From Vibrio vulnificus CMCP6 (GTDB lineage Bacteria > Pseudomonadota > Gammaproteobacteria > Enterobacterales > Vibrionaceae): 32,000 bases of DNA. A program made the translations under genes and the position numbers. The DNA lies in the NCBI RefSeq assembly GCF_000039765.1, contig NC_004460.2, positions 1,110,001 to 1,142,000 on the forward strand, in the 5' to 3' direction. The notes below the pieces were generated by a model that saw only the letters and a list, made by a program, of their open reading frames with translations, was not told the origin of the DNA and searched no databases. Below are positions 27,754-32,000 of the stretch, one piece after another (within the stretch, counting starts at the first letter, position 1; the number at the start of each line of letters is the position of its first letter).

Positions 27754-28117
27754 ATTAATATCCTAATTACATGCTGGTTGTCTTTTTAGCTCTAGACGTC
27801 CAGCGAAGCTTCCCTTAGGGATAACTTCAATTAGGATTCACAATGGCTCTTTAGAGGTCTCATCAACTAGCAACAGGAGCTACCCCTAGTCTTCTACCTA
27901 CTTGGTTACCTTGACTATTAATACTAGTGTTCACGTTCTGTGAGTGAATCGGTTGGTTTTTAAACACGATATACAAAGATCGTAAATTCGTCAATTCAAC
28001 TGATGGCAAGAAACCTTGATTAGACATGATTAAGAACAAGAACCTCGTTCAGTAGGCACTACACTAACTAGAAAAAGTAGGGAGCAAACTCATGCGTCAA
28101 GTATGACAGAATAGCGT

Positions 28118-28155
28118 GCTAGCTTGGAATGGGGCAGAAACACTCTAGTGTACTC
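28118..28155 (+). repeat. Islet-boundary direct repeat, copy C
   Basis: GCTAGCTTGGAATGGGGCAGAAACACTCTAGTGTACTC. See copies A and B. Confidence 0.6.
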
Positions 28156-28324
28156 ACCCAAAACCACTAACAACGCCATTCTCCACAGATCCAAGACACC
28201 GCAATCACTTGCGCTAAAGTTCTATCCTTTGAGCTTACTAACATAACCAACAATAAATAATCGCTACACTCTGCCCCGTTTCATCTTCGTTTGTTTTACC
28301 TTGTTATCCTCTTGGAGAAATCGA

Positions 28325-29335
28325 GTGGCAACCATGAAAGACGTCGCGGACTTAGCCGGTGTATCCACGGCAACCGTCTCGCGTGTTATCAATCGCACCA
28401 GTTATGTTGAGCCTGTGACGCAAGAACGCGTTGAACGCGCCATTAAAGCGCTCAACTACCGCCGAGATGCGCGCGCAACGGCACTGGCGAATCGCAGCAA
28501 TAACACGCTCGGTTTATTAACTGGTAATTTAGCCGATCCCTTCTTCGCTCTCATCGCCAAAAGCGTTGAAGAAGTTGCTCGTGCCAATGGTTGCCAGTTG
28601 GTCGTAGTCAGTGGCGGACACAACGCGCAACGAGAAAAAGAAGGGATCGACTTTCTCATTAGCCAAGGTTGTGAGGCAATGGTCGTGCACTCAAAGATGC
28701 TCGATGACACCACGCTGATGCAATACGCTGCGCAGCTTCCAGCGATGGTATTGCTCAACCGCACCATTGCACAAATTTCCAATCGATCAGTTTGGGTAGA
28801 CAACCGAGCTGGGGCACGAAAATCAGTTGAGTATTTGATTGAGCAAGGTCATCGCAAGATCGCGTGCATCACCAGTGACTTGCCGATTGAAGATCGCACA
28901 GATCGATTGGCTGGCTATCGAGATGCCATGAATGCCGCCAACTTAGCCATCCCAACAGGCTGGGTGATTAACCAAAACTTCAGCGAATCTGGCGGTGAAG
29001 AAGCGGGACGACAGCTTATCCAAGCTTGCCCGGGCGTCACTGCGGTGGTGACGTTTAATGATGTAATGGCAGCTGGTTTAATGGCGAGTTTGCATGAACA
29101 AGGATTGTCGGTTCCCGAGGATATTTCCGTGGTCGGCTTTGATGATGTGTTGCTTGCACGCTACCTCTATCCACGGTTGAGCACCATGCATAACCCGATT
29201 GATGAAATGTCGACTTATGCGGCGAAACTGGCGCTAAATTTGCGTAAAGATGGCTATTCTCCGCCGAGTTCGCATCAGTTCGAAGCGAGTTTAGTTTGTC
29301 GCCAAACGGTCAAAGCAATACAAAAGAACGGCTAA
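28325..29335 (+). CDS. LacI-family transcriptional regulator
   Basis: (V)ATMKDVADLAGVSTATVSRVINR is the canonical LacI HTH, followed by a periplasmic-binding-protein-like core. GTG 28325 has GGAGA 6 nt upstream. ATG 28334 is the alternative start. Confidence 0.9.
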   Translation: MATMKDVADLAGVSTATVSRVINRTSYVEPVTQERVERAIKALNYRRDARATALANRSNNTLGLLTGNLADPFFALIAKSVEEVARANGCQLVVVSGGHNAQREKEGIDFLISQGCEAMVVHSKMLDDTTLMQYAAQLPAMVLLNRTIAQISNRSVWVDNRAGARKSVEYLIEQGHRKIACITSDLPIEDRTDRLAGYRDAMNAANLAIPTGWVINQNFSESGGEEAGRQLIQACPGVTAVVTFNDVMAAGLMASLHEQGLSVPEDISVVGFDDVLLARYLYPRLSTMHNPIDEMSTYAAKLALNLRKDGYSPPSSHQFEASLVCRQTVKAIQKNG

Positions 29336-29365
29336 AATTGTGATGAATTTGGCATTCGCGCACCC

Positions 29366-29383
29366 CATGTAAGCGCTTACATG
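29366..29383. promoter_or_regulatory. Perfect 18 bp palindrome; LacI-family operator candidate upstream of the NhaC-family gene
   Basis: CATGTAAGC|GCTTACATG has a central CG and fits the generic LacI/GalR operator shape TGnAAnCGnTTnCA. It lies 90 nt upstream of the nhaC-like ATG. Confidence 0.7.
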
Positions 29384-29472
29384 AAAACAACACACCGCTC
29401 TCATTTTGCCTATTACACGACCGTTACTATCCACTGCGAACAAACCCTACATCGATCCTGAGGATAAATAAC

Positions 29473-30948
29473 ATGACAAATTCTAAGCCTCTACCGTCGT
29501 TCGGATTAGCACTCGCCCCTATTGCGGTGATGTTTGCGCTTCTGGCTGTCGGATACGGAATACTCGGACTTCGCATTGAAGTTCTGTTGCTGATCTCAGC
29601 TGCCTTTACTGGTCTTATCGCGTGGAAGATCGGTTACAACTGGGATGACATCATCAACGCCATCGTAGAAAAACTGGCCAAAGCGATGCCCGTGATTCTG
29701 ATTTTGGTCTCGGTTGGCGGTTTAATTGCCAGCTGGATGGTCAGCGGCACAATCCCTTACATGGTGTACTGGGGACTTAAAGTCATCAGCCCTGAATACA
29801 TTCTTATTGCCACTTTTTTTGTAACCAGTGTCGTTTCCGTTTGTACCGGTACGTCTTGGGGCTCAGCGGGCACCGTGGGTGTTGCACTCATGGGTGTTGC
29901 AGCGGGTCTTGACGTCTCGCTCGCTGCGGCGGCCGGTGCGGTTGTGTCTGGCGCATATTTTGGTGACAAAATCTCACCACTATCCGATTCAACTAACTTT
30001 GCACCTGTGGTTTCTGGCACCACTTTGTACGAACATATTCAACACATGCTGTACACCACGCTACCGGGATTTGTCATTGCGTCTGTGGTGTTCTTTTTCG
30101 CAGGTCAAAGCGCGGATATCACCAATATTCATGAGCCAGAAAAAGTGGTTCAAATCATCTCGGGTCTAGACAATCTCTACAACTTCAACATTCTACTTCT
30201 GATTCCACCAGTGATGATCTTATGGGGCGCGTTAACTAAGAAGCCCGTTCTGCCATTGATGCTTGGCGCATCGGCTATCGCAATTGGTTTGGGTATGGTG
30301 TTTCAAGACTTCACTCTTAACCAAGGCTTCCAAGCTTACGTAGACGGCTTCAATCTAGCCATGTTTGAGGCAAACGGTCACAGCGTAAATGGTTTGGTGC
30401 CAGATATCGCCAAACTGCTTAACCGCGGCGGTCTGTTCTCGATGATGAGCACGATTCTATTGGTATTCTGTGCCTTTGCCTTCGCTGGCATCCTGAGCCT
30501 AACTGGCGCTCTAAACGTAGTGCTAGGCAAATTCCTCCATGCGATTCACACCACAGGTCAGCTGATTGCTTCAACGGTTGTGGCAACCATCACGGTGGTT
30601 TTCACCACTTCTGACGGCAAGCTAGCACTGTTGATTCCAGGTGAGTTGTTCCAAAACGCTTACCGCAAAATGGGCTTAGATACCAAAAACCTGTCTCGAA
30701 CCATCGAAGACGCCGGCACCATTATTGAGCCATTGGTTCCGTGGACGGCCGCAGGTATCTACATGGCAGGTACGCTAGGTGTGGCGACATTGGATTACCT
30801 ACCATGGGCGATTCAATGTTACACCGGCGTGATCTTCGCTTTGATTTATGGCTTCACTGGCTTTGGTATCGCAAAAGCAAAGCCACAGCAAAACCAACAA
30901 CAGATTGCTGACGAGCATTCAAATACACCAGCAGTAGAAACAAAATAA
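29473..30948 (+). CDS. NhaC-family (Na+/H+ antiporter-type) transporter
   Basis: About 12 TM helices. The family-typical segment is ...SVCTGTSWGSAGTVGVALMG...YFGDKISPLSDSTN... GAGGA SD. Confidence 0.88.
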   Translation: MTNSKPLPSFGLALAPIAVMFALLAVGYGILGLRIEVLLLISAAFTGLIAWKIGYNWDDIINAIVEKLAKAMPVILILVSVGGLIASWMVSGTIPYMVYWGLKVISPEYILIATFFVTSVVSVCTGTSWGSAGTVGVALMGVAAGLDVSLAAAAGAVVSGAYFGDKISPLSDSTNFAPVVSGTTLYEHIQHMLYTTLPGFVIASVVFFFAGQSADITNIHEPEKVVQIISGLDNLYNFNILLLIPPVMILWGALTKKPVLPLMLGASAIAIGLGMVFQDFTLNQGFQAYVDGFNLAMFEANGHSVNGLVPDIAKLLNRGGLFSMMSTILLVFCAFAFAGILSLTGALNVVLGKFLHAIHTTGQLIASTVVATITVVFTTSDGKLALLIPGELFQNAYRKMGLDTKNLSRTIEDAGTIIEPLVPWTAAGIYMAGTLGVATLDYLPWAIQCYTGVIFALIYGFTGFGIAKAKPQQNQQQIADEHSNTPAVETK

Positions 30949-30960
30949 GGTAAATCATTG

Positions 30961-32000
30961 ATGAACGCTTTCGACCAAATTCTGAACCGCAAGGAAAGTG
31001 GCTCTTTAAAGTGGGACTTTATACAACAAAAGCTGGGATTGACTGGGACGGATTTACTTCCGATGTGGGTATCCGATTACGATTTTAAAGCGCCGCAAGT
31101 GGTGTTAGACGCACTACAACAGCGAGTTGAGCATGGGATCTTTGGTTACGCGGAACGCGATGATGCGTACTACCAAGCGACTATCGACTGGTATCGAAAT
31201 CAGCATGATACCTGTGTTGAGCGTGAGTGGATCACCACAGTACATGGCGTACTTCCTGGGCTCGCAATGGCATTGCAAATGCTCACCGAAACAGGCGATG
31301 GCATTGTGATGCAAAGTCCGGGTTACGGTTCTTTCCGTAAGATCATTGAATTCAACGATCGCGTTGTGGTTGAGAACCCACTGACGGAAACCGAAGGCGA
31401 CTATCAACTCGACTTTGATCATCTCGAAACCTGCTTTGCTAATGGCGCAAAAGCAATGATCTTCTGCAATCCACATAACCCAACGGGGCGAGTTTGGTCT
31501 GAAAGCGAAATCACAAAGGTTGCCGAACTGTGTGAGCAATACCAAGTCTGGCTGCTGAGTGATGAAATATGGGGCGATTTGGTGGTTGGCGATGCGCCAT
31601 ACTACTCTGCTTTGCGTCTACCACAAGCGCTCACTCAACGCCTGATTGTGGCAACGGCAGCCAGTAAGACGTTTGGTTTGTCGTCACTGCGAATCTCTAA
31701 CTTTATGATTCCAGATGAATCACTTCGAGCGCAGTTTACTCGCAGGCTAGATGCGCATGGCATGGACGTGTTCAACAGTCTCTCAATGAGTGCCGCGACA
31801 ATTGCTTATCAAGAGTGCTCTGATTGGTTAGTGGACTTAAAAGACTACCTGCGCGCTAACATCGCCAAACTTGAGCGGTTTGTACAAACGGAACTGCCAG
31901 AGGTGAAGTTTGTTGCGCCACAAGCCGGCTATTTGGCTTGGTTAGACTGTCGTGTACTTAACTTAACTGACACTGAGATAGAACAAAAGTTTGTCTCAGC
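30961..32000 (+). CDS. MalY/PatB-type PLP-dependent C-S lyase (cystathionine beta-lyase/aminotransferase class I-II); 3' end off-window
   Basis: My own translation from ATG 30961 is open to the window end: MNAFDQILNRKESGSLKWDF...MWVSDYDFKAP...FCNPHNPTGRVW...AASKTFGLSSLR (PLP Lys). It is absent from the ORF track because it has no stop. Confidence 0.87.
   Translation, partial: MNAFDQILNRKESGSLKWDFIQQKLGLTGTDLLPMWVSDYDFKAPQVVLDALQQRVEHGIFGYAERDDAYYQATIDWYRNQHDTCVEREWITTVHGVLPGLAMALQMLTETGDGIVMQSPGYGSFRKIIEFNDRVVVENPLTETEGDYQLDFDHLETCFANGAKAMIFCNPHNPTGRVWSESEITKVAELCEQYQVWLLSDEIWGDLVVGDAPYYSALRLPQALTQRLIVATAASKTFGLSSLRISNFMIPDESLRAQFTRRLDAHGMDVFNSLSMSAATIAYQECSDWLVDLKDYLRANIAKLERFVQTELPEVKFVAPQAGYLAWLDCRVLNLTDTEIEQKFVS

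Noticed and set aside
24622-28324. Integron cassette (attC/VCR) or XerCD/dif-type (IMEX) origin for the islet repeats
   Set aside because: The repeats do not resemble the roughly 120 bp Vibrio VCR consensus. They lack the R''/L''-L'/R' imperfect-palindrome organisation, and they do not match the dif core (…GCGCATTA-6 nt-TTATGTTAAAT) as I remember it. No intI gene is in the window.
31114-31545. 143 aa minus-strand ORF, the only track ORF of note after 30948
   Set aside because: It is antisense to an open plus-strand frame (30961 to the window end). That frame encodes a clear MalY/PatB-type PLP enzyme and was missing from the track only because it has no stop.
1-32000. CRISPR arrays, rRNA or tRNA genes, and prophage structural genes
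   Set aside because: I saw no regularly spaced short repeats, no rRNA- or tRNA-like conserved blocks in the intergenic regions, and no phage-type ORFs. This was a by-eye scan only. tRNAscan-SE, Infernal and a CRISPR finder should confirm it.

Overview
This 32 kb chromosomal segment looks Vibrionaceae-like. That judgement rests only on my recognition of the protein families and is not verified. Most of it is ordinary accessory-metabolism and regulator content: a fold-III Lys/Orn decarboxylase, an SdsA1-type alkyl sulfatase, msrB-msrA, a GH4 6-phospho-beta-glucosidase, a LysE exporter, a MOSC protein, an NhaC-family transporter and a MalY/PatB-type C-S lyase. Each sits beside a LysR, AraC, Lrp or LacI regulator. 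I found no rRNA, tRNA, CRISPR array or integron attC/VCR repeat by eye. Five regions stand out. (1) An AT-rich islet of about 3.5 kb (about 24.7-28.2 kb) lies between the MOSC gene and the LacI regulator. It carries three ORFs: a divergent 381 aa/250 aa pair with no motif I can assign, and a 130 aa PD-(D/E)xK-like nuclease. It has unusually long non-coding stretches and no recombinase, and it is bracketed and subdivided by three copies of a degenerate direct repeat. This is my best candidate for an undescribed system, such as a defence or addiction module. (2) A methyl-accepting chemotaxis protein is translationally coupled to an orphan family-1 solute-binding protein with no ABC permease or ATPase nearby. 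(3) A glutaredoxin plus DUF417 (RclC/YkgB-like) operon is divergent from a cupin-AraC regulator, resembling a variant reactive-chlorine (rcl) locus. (4) An intact IS4-type element has 16/18 inverted repeats and an 11 bp target duplication. (5) A LacI-NhaC-C-S lyase operon is preceded by a perfect 18 bp palindromic operator. All functional calls are motif and architecture recognition by eye. No database search was run.
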